From assembly GCA_963765675.1 (NCBI GenBank), contig CAVXXK010000005.1:27170-91169 (forward strand): a stretch of 64,000 bases of DNA, given 5' to 3'. The position numbers were made by a program, and so were the translations under genes. Position 1 is the stretch's first letter, and every line of letters begins with the position of its first letter. Shown piece after piece: positions 1-10,870 of the stretch. The DNA is from an uncultured delta proteobacterium (lineage in GTDB: Bacteria > Desulfobacterota > Binatia > Binatales > Binataceae). Below the pieces are notes generated by a model. It did not search any database. It had not been told where the DNA came from and worked only from the letters and a program-made list of their open reading frames with translations.

Positions 1-8
1 GAGGTCGC

Positions 9-177
9 TCAGGCGCGAATCTTCTCGATCCAGGCGGCGAACCGTCGATCCGATCTCGACGATTTCGAGCCCGAGCTCCGCGGGCGCAAGCGCCGCGAGA
101 GTCTTCGCAACCAGACGATTATACGAACCCTTGCGAAGACTCCCGACCAGCACTGCTACTTCCCGTCTGGCGCTCAT
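9..177 (-). pseudogene. NAD(P)H-dependent FMN reductase (ChrR/YieF-like), internally deleted remnant
   Basis: ATG at 177 gives MSARREVAVLVGSLRKGSYNRLVAKTLAALAPAELGLEIVEIG (GSLR FMN-binding loop). It runs straight into an out-of-frame C-terminal-like FAAWIEKIRA* (TGA at 9-11). Confidence 0.6.
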
Positions 178-189
178 CGATCTCACCAG

Positions 190-1155
190 CTAGAACGAAA
201 AGCGTTCGCCGACCATTTCTTCGCTCTTGCGCCATAGATCGTTCGCATGCGCGAGGTTGAGCGCATACGAGCGCACCCCGACGCGCGAGGTCGCGTCGTC
301 ATTCACCTCGCACACGTGGCAATCTTCGGCGTAGCGCCCGCCGACCGCGTCGGCAGGCGCGACGAAGCCGCTCCATACGGACGTAGCCGAGCCCTGAGGC
401 ACCGTCTTGAAACGAAATGTTGGCGTTCCGCCACTCGCACCCTGGTTTATTCTGGCCGTCAGTTGCTGGATAAGCTCCGGCGTGAGATGCCGCCCGAGCT
501 CGGTCTGGATTCCGCCCGGATGCAATGCGGTCGCGCGCACGCCGCGTCCTTTGAGCCTGCTGTCGAGAGCCACTGCGTACAGGATATTGGCGGTCTTCGA
601 GCGGCCGTACGCGGTAAACGGCTGATACTCAGTCCGCTCAAAATTTGGATCGTCGATATTGACGTCGCTCTGTTGATGACCCGCCGAGGAGAGCAGCACG
701 ATTCGCGCGCCCGGTTTCAGCAACGGCACCAGCCGGTTGACGAATACGAAATGCCCCAGATGATTGGTTCCGAATTGCGTTTCGAAACCGTCGTGAGTCT
801 TGCCCTTGGGGCACGCCATCACGCCGGCGTTTGCGATGATCACGTCGAAGGGTTTGTTGCGCGCCAACAATTCGCTCGCCGCCTTGCGCACGCTCGGGAG
901 TGACGCGAGATCCATTTCGACCAGCTCGATCGGTTGATTCTCCGGCTTTTGCTTGAATGCTTCCGCGAGCGCGCGGCGCGCCTTGTTCAGATCGCGCGCC
1001 GTGCCCACCACCGTCGCGCCGTGCGCGACCAGCGAGCGCGCGGTTTCCACGCCCAAGCCAGCCGACACGCCGGTCACGAGCACGCGCTTGCCAGAAAGAT
1101 TGACGCCCTCGAGGACTTCATCCGCAGTTGATTCCGCTCCAAAGGTTTTTGCCAT
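190..1155 (-). CDS. SDR family oxidoreductase (retinol dehydrogenase/WWOX-like)
   Basis: TGVSAGLG Rossmann motif, ANAGVM, QFGTNHLGHF, catalytic YGRSK. Confidence 0.92.
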   Translation of the reverse strand: MAKTFGAESTADEVLEGVNLSGKRVLVTGVSAGLGVETARSLVAHGATVVGTARDLNKARRALAEAFKQKPENQPIELVEMDLASLPSVRKAASELLARNKPFDVIIANAGVMACPKGKTHDGFETQFGTNHLGHFVFVNRLVPLLKPGARIVLLSSAGHQQSDVNIDDPNFERTEYQPFTAYGRSKTANILYAVALDSRLKGRGVRATALHPGGIQTELGRHLTPELIQQLTARINQGASGGTPTFRFKTVPQGSATSVWSGFVAPADAVGGRYAEDCHVCEVNDDATSRVGVRSYALNLAHANDLWRKSEEMVGERFSF

Positions 1156-1380
1156 TCTGATTCTCCCAATTTCGAAATTCGTTGGATGAAAGTGAACGCC
1201 GCCTCGTGACGCTCAAGCGATTCGCAGCAAGCCGCGAGGGGTTTCAATTCGCGGTTCCGTTTCGTGCGCCCAAGTTACAATACATGGCGCGATGCCTTAA
1301 GGGAGACAAGCCTGCGCGGCGCCCCCACCGCTGCGTCCGCGGTTTCTGATTATGCCGACATAAGTGGTAAGAAAACATTT

Positions 1381-2358
1381 ATGGAAAAGCGCAAACTTGG
1401 AACGCAGGGATTGGTCGTGTCGGCGATCGGGCTGGGATGCATGGGGATGTCACAGAGCTATGGAACGCCTGACGAGAATGAATCGATCGCGACGCTGAAT
1501 CGCGCAATCGAGCTCGGGATCGATTTCTTCGACACCGCCGACGTGTACGGGAACCATCACAACGAAGAACTGGTCGGCAAAACGCTCAAGCCCTTTCGCA
1601 GCAAGATCCAGATCGCGACCAAGTTCGGCAACGTCTTCGCCGACGGTAAGCGCAGTGTCAACGGACGCCCGGAATACGTGCGCTCAGCTTGCGACGGATC
1701 GCTTTCGCGCCTCGGCGTGGACCATATCGATCTTTATTATCAGCATCGCGTGGACCGCAACGTACCGATCGAAGAGACCGTAGGTGCGATGGCGGAGCTC
1801 GTGCGCGCGGGCAAGGTGCGGTACCTGGGACTCTCGGAGGCGTCGGCCGCAACTATCCGCCGCGCGCAGAAGGTCCATCCGATCACCGCGGTGCAATCGG
1901 AATATTCGCTATGGACGCGCGACTACGAGGACGACGTGATCCCCACCCTGCGCGAGCTCGGAATTGGGTTCGTTCCGTTCAGTCCGCTGGGGCGCGGGAT
2001 GCTGAGCGCCACGATCCGCTCGATTGACGAGTTCGGCACCGGCGACATGCGCGCGCGGATCTCGCCGCGGTTCGAGCGCGAGAATTTCGAGCGCAATCTC
2101 GGTGTCGTAGATCGGCTGAAACAGATCGCTGACGAAAAAAGAATCACGCCGAGCCAGCTCGCGCTCGCATGGGTGCTCGCGCAGGGCGACGACATGGTGC
2201 CGATTCCGGGGACCAAGCGCCGCAAGTATCTGGAGGAAAATGCCGCGGCGGCGAGCGTGAAACTCTCGAAGAGCGATCTGGCGCGAATCCAGGAAGTCGC
2301 GCCCAAAGGATTCGCCGCCGGCGACCGCTACTACGACATGCGCCCGGTTAATGTTTAG
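1381..2358 (+). CDS. aldo/keto reductase
   Basis: [34 protein letters not shown]. Start moved to ATG 1381. Confidence 0.93.
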   Translation: MEKRKLGTQGLVVSAIGLGCMGMSQSYGTPDENESIATLNRAIELGIDFFDTADVYGNHHNEELVGKTLKPFRSKIQIATKFGNVFADGKRSVNGRPEYVRSACDGSLSRLGVDHIDLYYQHRVDRNVPIEETVGAMAELVRAGKVRYLGLSEASAATIRRAQKVHPITAVQSEYSLWTRDYEDDVIPTLRELGIGFVPFSPLGRGMLSATIRSIDEFGTGDMRARISPRFERENFERNLGVVDRLKQIADEKRITPSQLALAWVLAQGDDMVPIPGTKRRKYLEENAAAASVKLSKSDLARIQEVAPKGFAAGDRYYDMRPVNV

Positions 2359-2377
2359 TGGTTGAGGAGGTCTGTTT

Positions 2378-2760
2378 TCTGATCCCTCGCCCTGAAGAAA
2401 CTGTCGATAAATGCCGAATTCTTGTCCGTCATCCTGAACGAAGGCTGCCCCTTTCGGCGTTGCTCAGGGCAGGCTCTGTGAAGGATCTCCGCGAAGCGAT
2501 TAGTGCGAAGCCGTCGCGTTGGTTGCACTAATCGCTTCGCGGAGATCGTTCGCCTACGGCTCAGGATCACAACGGCGGCGGGTTTGCGAGAAAATCGACA
2601 TCCTCCTGAAAGGGAGAGGTAAGGTGAGGGACCTTTTCCAGCGCGGCGCGAGCGCCGCGCGATCAAAAGATCAGAGCAGCACCCTCACCCACGCGTCACG
2701 ATGCTTGCGAAGAAAGCGCAAGCATCGCGCCGCGTCGCCCTCTCCCGGAGGGGAGAGGGT
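2378..2760 (+). repeat. palindromic intergenic repeat (CCCTCGCCC..GGGAGAGG..GGTGAGGG..CCCTCACCC..CCCTCTCCC family), interrupted copy
   Basis: Closely matches the copies at 17435-17619 and 17666-17856 and lies between convergent genes. Confidence 0.8.
2397..2605. mobile_element. MITE-like insertion nested in the palindromic repeat
   Basis: CTGAA is duplicated at 2392-2396 and 2606-2610. Imperfect terminal inverted repeats GAAACTGTCGAT / ATCGACATCCTC. Perfect 23-bp internal stem at 2484-2506/2525-2547. Confidence 0.55.
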
Positions 2761-2923
2761 ATCGAGCGAAACGGGTGCGATTTATTTTTCCGCGGATGCG
2801 AATGACGCTTCGCGTCGCCGACGGGCCGTCGGCATCCACTGGCAGACATAAGATGAGAGAGCCATCAGGACCGGCGTCGCGCCGGTCTCTCCTGAGCGTC
2901 GAGCGACATAGAATCCGCAATAG

Positions 2924-4670
2924 CTACTTCTTCGTGAAGGCGAAGTGTTCGTCCATCCGGACCTGCACCTCGGTCAGATGGTTGCAATACTGGAAGAAGC
3001 CGCCGTTGTAGTTGCCATCCTGACGGCGCTGGAACTCGCCCTCGAAGTTGTAGTAGCCGGGAGTGCATTCCTGGTTGCGATTGGTCTTGCCGCGATGCTC
3101 GATCACTTCGCCGACCCACCATTCCTCGGCCTGCGGAGTCGCATCGAGCGACTGGTAGCCGTGGCGGCGCGCGTAGTCGATGCACGCGGCGATATGATCG
3201 CCCTGCGCCTGCAGCATGTCGGTCAGGTTGAATTGGAATGAAGCCTGGTAGCCGCCCATGATGAAAAGATTCGGATAGCCCTGCGAATGAATTCCCAAGA
3301 GCGTGCGGATACCCTCGCGATACTTGTCGTTCAGCTCGAGGCCGTTCTCGCCCCTGATCTGATTGTAGATGCCGGTCTTCTGCACCTCGAAGCCGGTCGC
3401 GTAGATCAGGACGTCGAGCTCGTACTGCTTGCCCTCGAACACCGGACCCTTTTCGGTGATCTCGGTGATCCCCTTGCCGTTCGTGTCCACCAGATGAACG
3501 TTGGGCCGGTTGAAGGTCGGCAGGTAGTCGTTATGAAAGCACGGCCGCTTGCACATCAGCATGTACCACGGCTTGAGCGCCTCGGCGGTGGCTTTGTTTT
3601 TCACAATCGAATCGATGCGCTGATGGATTTTCATCATCGCTTCGATATTCGCGTTCTCCTGGCGGCGAATCTTTTCCTCGGGCGACATCGCGGCCTGCTT
3701 GGCGCGCTGCTCTTCGCTTAGCTGCGGCGCCATCCGGGCGCGTTCGCGCCGTCTCGTCTGCCATCCGGGAGGAAGCCTCCGCGCCCAGTTGGGATCGGTC
3801 GGCCAATCGTCGCGAACGTCGATCGATGACGGCGTCCGCTGGAACACGTACAGCTCCTTGGCCGCCGCGCCGAGGCCGGGAATCGCCTGGACCGCCGTCG
3901 CTCCGGTGCCGATGATGCCGACGACTTTGTCTTCCAGTCCCGAGAGATCAGGCTTGGTGTAGGCGTAGTCCCATCGCGAAGTGTGAAAGGAATGGCCCTT
4001 GAACGTTTCCAGGCCTTTGATCTTCGCGAGCTTCGGCTTCGAGAGAGTGCCGTTGGCGCAGATGACGAACCGCGCTTTCATCCGATCGCCACGGTCGGTC
4101 GTGAGGTTCCACATCTGCTCGGTGGGATCCCACACGGTCGAGGTCACGGTAGTCTGAAAAGTCGCCAACTCGTAGAGATTGTATTTTCGGGCGATCGCCT
4201 GGCAGTGCGCGAAGATCTCCGGGACCCTTGGCGTAGTGGTCCTTCGGCACGTAGTCGAGCTCGTCGAGCAGCGGCAGGTAGTCATACGCGACCACGTCGC
4301 ACGCCACGCCGGGGTAGCGATTCCAATACCAGGTGCCGCCGACGTCAGCGCCGCGCTCGACAATCCTGATGCTCTCGACGCCACGCTCACGCAGCCGCGC
4401 GGAGGTCAGCAGCGCCGAGAATCCGCCGCCGATAAACAGGACCTCGACGGTATCGTTGATCGGCTCACGCGGCTTGATCTCGCCTGCGTATGGATCGACT
4501 TCGTACTTGGACAACGCACCGCTGAAGTCCGACGTGTACTGCGCGGTGCCGTCGGGACGATAGTTCAACCTGAGGTCGCGTTCCTCGGCGAACTTCCGCT
4601 TGATCTCGTCGTAGAATTCCTGCGGCCGCGTGGGTCTGGCCGCGAGCCCGATAGGCTTTTCCTGCGCCAT
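2924..4670 (-). CDS. Baeyer-Villiger monooxygenase (cyclohexanone monooxygenase family), +1 frameshift near 4221-4223
   Basis: [29 protein letters not shown] fingerprint, GTGATA, ATGF. The two ORFs join as HYAKGP-EIFAHC if one C is removed. Confidence 0.88.
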
Positions 4671-4785
4671 GTATCTACTCTCCGTGCGTGGTGGTCATTG
4701 CGATGCTTTCAGCAGTGGTCAATGCCAACGAACCCCTTCCGATCGCAGCTTGCCACGAGATCGGGGCGATTTTCCAGCGCGCCCT

Positions 4786-6336
4786 TTAGTGCGCAACCGG
4801 GCCGGGCGAGGCGCGGACAGCGCGCTGGAAGGCCCATTGCCGGATGTGATTGATCTGCTCCTTCATCGAGCGCGAGAGCGGCACTCCCCCGACCGCCGCG
4901 TTGACCAGATCGTCCTCGGTCAGGTCGCGCTCGGCCAGGCGCGCTTTGGTCAGCGCTGAGATCACGCACTGCTCGATCTCGGCGCCGGTCCATCCGCGGG
5001 TGAACTCGATGATCTGTTGCAGGTTGAACTGCGCGGGATCGACGTTGCGGCGGCTCAGATGAACTTTGAAAATCGAGATCCGCTCGTCGTCGTGCGGCAG
5101 GTCAACGAAGAAGACTTCGTCGAAGCGCCCCTTGCGGATCATCTCGGCGGGGAGCAGATCGATTCGGTTCGCGGTCGCGGCGACAAACAAGGCCCGGAAG
5201 CCTTTATCCTGCATCCACGTCAGAAAGAATGCGAAAATACGGCCCTGCTGGCTGCCGGTCTCCGAGGCGGTGATGCCCATCTCGATCTCGTCGAACCACA
5301 CGATCGCGGGCGCCATGCTCTCGAGCGTGCGGCACGCCTCTACGAACGCCGCTTCGGGATTACCATGCCTGCCGGAGAAAATTTCGATCATGTCGATCCG
5401 GTAGAGCGGGAGCTCGAAGCACGACGCGATCGCCCTGACCGACAGGCTTTTGCCGCATCCGGGGATTCCCATCACCAGGACGCCTTTGGGCACGATATCG
5501 GCGCTCAACTTGTCGCGCTGCTGAAATAATCGGCGGCGCTCGAGCAGCCACTTCTTGAGGTTCTCGAGACCGCCGATTTCTCCGATATCGGTGCTCTCCG
5601 CGACGTAGTCGATAACGCCGCTGCGCTTGATCAGGACGCCTTTTTCCTCGAGCAGCGCCGGCATCGATTCGAGTCCCAGCCCGTGCCCGGCCGAGAGAGC
5701 GCGGCGAACGGCGTGGCGCGCGTCGTCGAGCGTCAGTCCCTGCAAAGCTCGCGCGAGCTGGTACAGAATTTCTTCGCTGGTGTCTGCTTTCTTTCCGTTC
5801 GGCGAGTTCTGCGCGGTCTCGGATCTGAGGAATTCCATCAGCTCGGTCAGGTCAGGCGGCAGAAGGTCGATAACGGCGAAGATCCGCTCGACTTCTTCCG
5901 GGATTGCGCGCACCGCCGAGGTGATCACGATGAACTTCTGCCGGTCCAGGCAGATCTGGTAGAGGTCGCGGATACGGCGGCGGACTTCCGCGGAGCTTCG
6001 CAGCGGTTCGTGAAAATCCTTCAGGTGAAAGATCGCAGGTTCGTTGTGCGACGCGATAAAGTCCAGCGCCTCGCGCGGATCAGAGGTGCCGGCTTCCGCC
6101 GCGTTGCGCAGCGCGTGGTCGCCAGCCTGTGCTTCAGCCGCGTCACTGCACAGCCCCTCGGTCAGGCTCCACGTCCAGACCGGAATTGGCTTCGATCCGC
6201 CCATCTGCCGCCCGACGTAGCGCAGCAGATCGCCCACTCGATCCTCTTCCGCGGAGCGCACATAGACCAGCGGCCGTCCGGACGTAAAGATTTCCAAAAA
6301 CGATGCGGCCGCGCGGCTATTAGCGGGATTTTCCAT
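4786..6336 (-). CDS. AAA+ ATPase (Ycf46-like)
   Basis: IGGLENLKKWL, Walker A GIPGCGKS, Walker B WFDEIE, ATAN, RKGRFDE. Confidence 0.88.
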   Translation of the reverse strand: MENPANSRAAASFLEIFTSGRPLVYVRSAEEDRVGDLLRYVGRQMGGSKPIPVWTWSLTEGLCSDAAEAQAGDHALRNAAEAGTSDPREALDFIASHNEPAIFHLKDFHEPLRSSAEVRRRIRDLYQICLDRQKFIVITSAVRAIPEEVERIFAVIDLLPPDLTELMEFLRSETAQNSPNGKKADTSEEILYQLARALQGLTLDDARHAVRRALSAGHGLGLESMPALLEEKGVLIKRSGVIDYVAESTDIGEIGGLENLKKWLLERRRLFQQRDKLSADIVPKGVLVMGIPGCGKSLSVRAIASCFELPLYRIDMIEIFSGRHGNPEAAFVEACRTLESMAPAIVWFDEIEMGITASETGSQQGRIFAFFLTWMQDKGFRALFVAATANRIDLLPAEMIRKGRFDEVFFVDLPHDDERISIFKVHLSRRNVDPAQFNLQQIIEFTRGWTGAEIEQCVISALTKARLAERDLTEDDLVNAAVGGVPLSRSMKEQINHIRQWAFQRAVRASPGPVAH

Positions 6337-6614
6337 TTTAAGTCCTGAACCCAATCGCAATAATCAAATCTAACCCTCCGACCGAGCCTGTTCCACTCGA
6401 CCAGACGCCTCGGCCGGGCTTTGGTTGCTACTATCTTACCTCATTCCGAGATGGCGCCTGTCACGGTCGTGGCGTAGACTGCGGCCCAGATTAAGCCGAG
6501 GCAATCCTCTCTTCGAATTTCCGCCCGTACATAAGCACTTCTCCTTGATGGAATGCGAAACGATGGCTCATGATGCTATCTTCCCGTTAGGCGCACACGG
6601 CGGAGGGATCGTTG

Positions 6615-7392
6615 ATGGCGGAATACGTCGACATAGAAAAGGCGAGAAGCCTGCCCGGACTGCGAGTAGTCCTGCCGCCGGGAATCCCGGGACCCTGGGG
6701 CGAGGCGATCAAGGGCGTCCTGCACGTCAAGAAGATTCCCTTCATCAAGGTCCGCCACGATCGAGTTGACTACTCTCCGCTCATCCGATGGACCGCACAG
6801 GCGAGCACGCCTGTCCTGGTTTACAACGACGAACGCCCGCGCAGCGTGTGGAACGATCAGATTAACTTTCGCCGAGCGATTGCAGCCCAACCCGCCGCTG
6901 GTTCCAGCGGCTCTCGACGATCGCGTGCTGATGTTCGGCCTGTGCAATCTGCTTGCTGGCGAGAACGGCTTCGGATGGACGCGGCGGCTGATCATTGTTC
7001 AGGGGATGCTGAAAGAATCGGGCGCCGACGAAGCCGCGCGCAATGCATCGCTCGCGTTCGGAGCCAAGTACGGCTACTCGCCGGAGGCGGCTTTAGCGGC
7101 GCCCGCAAAATGCGCGGACATGATCGCGGTCTTTGCGCGCCGCCTCGAGCGTCAGCAGGCGCTCGGCAGCCGCTTCTTTATCGGCGACCGGATCTCCGCG
7201 CTGGATATCTATTGGGCCGCGTTCGCCGCAGTGATCAAACCGCTCCCCCACGAGCTGTGCCCGATGCGGCAGGGAATGCGAAAGGCTTACGACTGCGCCG
7301 ATCCTCTGATTCTCGGCGCGATGACGCCGCAGCTCATGGCGCATCGCGACTTTATCTACCGCGAGTACCTCGAGCTGCCGGTCGATCTGTAG
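6615..7392 (+). CDS. glutathione S-transferase-like protein, +1 frameshift near 6867-6869
   Basis: N-terminal PGPWGEAIKG...TPVLVYND joins FAERLQP...FFIGDRISALDIYWA (GST C-terminal motif) if one T is removed. Confidence 0.75.
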
Positions 7393-7489
7393 CTCGCGCA
7401 AGCTCCGCCGCTTTGATCGTTCCCCCTGTAGAGTCGCGGCTGCTTTTCGGTAACATCGATGGATTCAGATGGAGCCCGCGACTGCCACC

Positions 7490-8212
7490 ATGCGATTCAT
7501 GCCGATAATTCTCGCGTCGGTGACGTTGGTCTCGACCGGGCTCGGCGGGATGGCGGCGGTCAGGTTTCGTGATCGGCTGCATTTCCTGCTCGGATTCTCC
7601 TCCGGTGCCGTAATTGCGGTGGCGTTGTTCGACATCCTGCCGGAAGTCTTCGCGATTCACGGCGGGGCCTCGTACATGCCCTTGGCGGCGGTCGGCTTTC
7701 TCGCCTTTTTCGGGCTCGAACGGTACACCGCGATGCATCGGGCGCGCGAACATGTTCATCGGGCCAAAGCGCATGAGCAGGAGCTTGGCGCAATGTCGGC
7801 GGCGGGGCTGGTCTTCCACAGCTTCCTCGACGGCGTCGCGATTGGAGTTGGATTTCAAACCAGCGCGCAAATCGGACTTCTGATCGCGCTCGGAATTATC
7901 ACCCACGACTTGAGTGACGGCCTCAACACGGTGACCGTGGTGCTGGCGCATGAAAATCCGCTGAGGCGCGCGATCTTCTGGCTCGCGCTCGACATGCTTG
8001 CGCCGGTGTTCGGCGCCACCGCGACGCTGCTACTTAATCTGCACGGAGTGCTGCCCTGGCTGCTGGCCTTTTTCGCCGGCTCGTTCTTGTATATCGGAGC
8101 GTCCGACCTCCTGCCGGAAGCCAAGGAGCACGATTCGCCATTGGTTGGCGTAGCAACCGCGGCGGGGATGCTCGCGATCCTGCTCGCGACGCGAGCGCTG
8201 CACGCCCTTTGA
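7490..8212 (+). CDS. ZIP family metal transporter
   Basis: Multiple TM helices, His-rich loop, HSFLDG and HDLSDG motifs, GSFLYIGASDLLPE. Confidence 0.9.
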   Translation: MRFMPIILASVTLVSTGLGGMAAVRFRDRLHFLLGFSSGAVIAVALFDILPEVFAIHGGASYMPLAAVGFLAFFGLERYTAMHRAREHVHRAKAHEQELGAMSAAGLVFHSFLDGVAIGVGFQTSAQIGLLIALGIITHDLSDGLNTVTVVLAHENPLRRAIFWLALDMLAPVFGATATLLLNLHGVLPWLLAFFAGSFLYIGASDLLPEAKEHDSPLVGVATAAGMLAILLATRALHAL

Positions 8213-8313
8213 AGCGGACAGCATCTGCCTTGACCGGCAGGGAACGGTATGGGACTAAGGTCGGGTTTTAGGCGCACGCGTATTCGAATCTGTCTTCCCC
8301 GGAGGATCGATAA

Positions 8314-9231
8314 ATGGCCGCTAAAATGGGTGTCCTGCCACGGATGTCGAATCCCAAGACGGTAACGTATAGCGACGGTCATCCACTCGACGAGGTTCAC
8401 TATCTCGAATGCAAGCTGATCCTGAAGCCCGATCGCTTCATCGCCCCGCCGAGCTTTCACGACTACTCCAAGATCGTGCGGCGTGCGGCCGAAGAGACCG
8501 GCGTGGATTTTTCAACCTCGGGCTTCAAGAATCTCAAACCGAAGATCAGGGAAGTGGTCTTCCTGGATACCAGGGATTTCGCGCTCTACAACCACGCGTT
8601 CATCCTGCGCCGGCGTATCACGTATGAAGACGGCTTTCCGATTGGCGAGCCGGAAGTGGTCTTCAAGTTTCGCCATCCGGATTTCGACACCGCGGCGGAA
8701 CTCGATGTACGCCCGAATATCCGCGGCGAATATCGAATCAAGTTCAAGGCCGAGGCGTTGCCGCTCAAGAACAAGCTTGGCGGCCAGCGAATGCTGTTCT
8801 CTCACAACGTGGAATTCGGCCTGAACCAGGCGCGCGGAGTCGATTCGGCATCGTTGGCGACGCTGGTGAATCTGTTCCCGCTATTGGCGACGCTGAGGAA
8901 ATCCGGAGCGCAAAAGATCGAGCTCGTGAACCACGAGATCGTCGAGGAAGTGCTGCAGGACCTGGGCGAGCTCGATTTCGGCAAAGGCGTCACCGCAAAG
9001 TGCAACGCCGCATTGTGGCGGCAACGAGGCGATCACAAGCTGCTGGTCGGCGAGTTCTCCTACGAGTGCAAGTTCAAGCGCGAAAACGAGCTTCACGAAA
9101 AGGCGATGGAACGATGCAAGCGATTTTTCGTCGCGCTGCAGCAAATCGGCCGCGAATGGGTCTCGTTAGGCACGACCAAGACCGGCATCGTCTATCGACT
9201 GAAAGGCAACCCTCCGCAAGCGCACGAGTAA
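8314..9231 (+). CDS. conserved hypothetical protein, CYTH/triphosphate tunnel-like
   Basis: YLECKLIL (ExK), FLDT..F.L....ILRRR, FKFR, GEFSYE and a C-terminal TKT pattern, all typical of the CYTH-like fold. Confidence 0.55.
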   Translation: MAAKMGVLPRMSNPKTVTYSDGHPLDEVHYLECKLILKPDRFIAPPSFHDYSKIVRRAAEETGVDFSTSGFKNLKPKIREVVFLDTRDFALYNHAFILRRRITYEDGFPIGEPEVVFKFRHPDFDTAAELDVRPNIRGEYRIKFKAEALPLKNKLGGQRMLFSHNVEFGLNQARGVDSASLATLVNLFPLLATLRKSGAQKIELVNHEIVEEVLQDLGELDFGKGVTAKCNAALWRQRGDHKLLVGEFSYECKFKRENELHEKAMERCKRFFVALQQIGREWVSLGTTKTGIVYRLKGNPPQAHE

Positions 9232-9247
9232 CGGCGCTCGCGAATGC

Positions 9248-10870
9248 CTAGTAGGCGGTGTAGGGACCGTTGCCGAGCGGCGAGGACGTGCCCGCCATGC
9301 CGATATACACCGAGCGTCCGAAGAAAAACGGCAGGCCCCAATCAAAGCCGTCGTAGCTGCTGCCGCCGTCGTAGGTTCCGCCAAGGTCGTCGAACGCGGC
9401 GTCGTCCGTGTCGAACAGCGTGTTGGCGTCGGCGACGTTGAAATCGACCACGCCCGTCACCGACGAACCGACGCTCTGGTTGGTCGCGCTCTCAGAGAGC
9501 GTCGAGGAGGGGCAGTAAAATCCCGAGCCGTCTGAGCATTCTTTGATTGAGTTGTCATTGAAGAAGTATCCATTCGAGCCGGTATCGAAGAAGCCGCCCG
9601 CCGTGCTGCCGCTAAAGACTGTGTTGATATCGAGGAAGTTCTCGCTCTCGGTGTCGGAATTTGCCTGGAAAGTCTTTACCGAACCCGGCTGGTTGTCACT
9701 TTCGGTCCCGATACCAAAGTAGAGCGTGCCGCTGGCCGTCGCTTCGCCGCCGGCGGAAATCGACGGCAGGCTCACCATCACGCCGTTGTTATCAACCGGG
9801 AATGCCGCGATCGGGTTTGGAACGATGTCGCCGTTGGGCGCGCTGTCGAGAAGCGAGCAATCGCCACCCGAGCAATCGAAGTACTCAGTGAAAATGGCGT
9901 CGTTGGAGTACGGGCCGATACCAAAAATGCCGTTGAAGCCAGCGTCTTCCGGCGCCGCGATCAACTCCGTTCCCTCTGTGCAGTCGCGCGGCGCCGACGC
10001 GAACGCGTCGTTATCGTCCATCACCTGGATCGGAATCGTAATCTTGGGTTCACCCGCGACGGTTACATCGACGGTCGAGACCGCACCCCAGGTCGATCCA
10101 GAGCCGAAGAACGCGCATTCGCCGACCTCTTCACCCTTGTTGCTGTTCGGAACAATACCCAGACCGCTGATTTGCGATCCGTAAATACGCAATCCGAACG
10201 ATCCGGTATCGACCAGTACGTTGTTGACCGTCGTACAATTGCTGCTTCCCGTCGCACAGATTGTCAGCGACACGAATGGCATATCGACCGTGCCGTAAGG
10301 TCCCGGGTTCACCGACATCGGGAGTGCGTTAGACGTCATTGGCGAAGGCGTTGCGGTCGGCGTCGGCGTCGGACCGCCCGGAGTCGGAGTAGGACCCGAC
10401 GGGGTCGGCGTCGGACCGACGAAAGTTGGTGTCGCGACCGGTCCCTTCGCGTTGCCGTGCAGATGAACTATCTCGAATTCGTTTGCGGGTTTGCATCCGC
10501 TGCAATCGACCTCGAGCTCAGCTTCCACCGGGCCCTTGGCGGTCGGAGCGAACTCGATCGAGATAGCCTCCTCGGCGCCCGGTGCCAGCGAATACGATCC
10601 TCCACCCGCGACTAAGCTGAACGGAGCAGGCGGCTCGCTCACTGTGACGTTCGCGTCGATATCGCCGGTGTTCCTGATCGTCAGCGATTTGATCGTCGCG
10701 ACTTTGACGATTCCGAATCCGATCGATTTCCGCGAAAACGCCAGATGCGCATTGGAGGTCTGCGCGGCTGCCGTATCGGCTCCGGACACGTGCTGCGCGA
10801 GCGCGGCAGTCGCGATCATCGCGGAGCAGGTAACTAACACGAACGCTGCCCGGGCAATCGATCTCTTCAT
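9248..10870 (-). CDS. secreted DUF3443 protein (pepsin-like aspartic protease fold) with N-terminal ASH/Ig-like domain and PT linker
   Basis: Signal peptide, SLAPG..F.PT Ig module, (PTPT)n linker, two DTGS motifs, FDWGLPFFFGRSVY. Confidence 0.8.
   Translation of the reverse strand: MKRSIARAAFVLVTCSAMIATAALAQHVSGADTAAAQTSNAHLAFSRKSIGFGIVKVATIKSLTIRNTGDIDANVTVSEPPAPFSLVAGGGSYSLAPGAEEAISIEFAPTAKGPVEAELEVDCSGCKPANEFEIVHLHGNAKGPVATPTFVGPTPTPSGPTPTPGGPTPTPTATPSPMTSNALPMSVNPGPYGTVDMPFVSLTICATGSSNCTTVNNVLVDTGSFGLRIYGSQISGLGIVPNSNKGEEVGECAFFGSGSTWGAVSTVDVTVAGEPKITIPIQVMDDNDAFASAPRDCTEGTELIAAPEDAGFNGIFGIGPYSNDAIFTEYFDCSGGDCSLLDSAPNGDIVPNPIAAFPVDNNGVMVSLPSISAGGEATASGTLYFGIGTESDNQPGSVKTFQANSDTESENFLDINTVFSGSTAGGFFDTGSNGYFFNDNSIKECSDGSGFYCPSSTLSESATNQSVGSSVTGVVDFNVADANTLFDTDDAAFDDLGGTYDGGSSYDGFDWGLPFFFGRSVYIGMAGTSSPLGNGPYTAY

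Noticed and set aside
2355-2920. ORFs in the 2.4-2.9 kb and 17.4-18.0 kb gaps
   Set aside because: They are translations of palindromic repeats.
4200-4240. Programmed ribosomal frameshifting at the split genes
   Set aside because: No slippery heptamers, unrelated gene families, and all are +1 insertions, which fits sequencing error.
10340-10440. GTCGGCGTCGG repeats as a possible CRISPR or VNTR
   Set aside because: They encode the Pro/Thr linker. No repeat-spacer array or cas gene is seen in the window.
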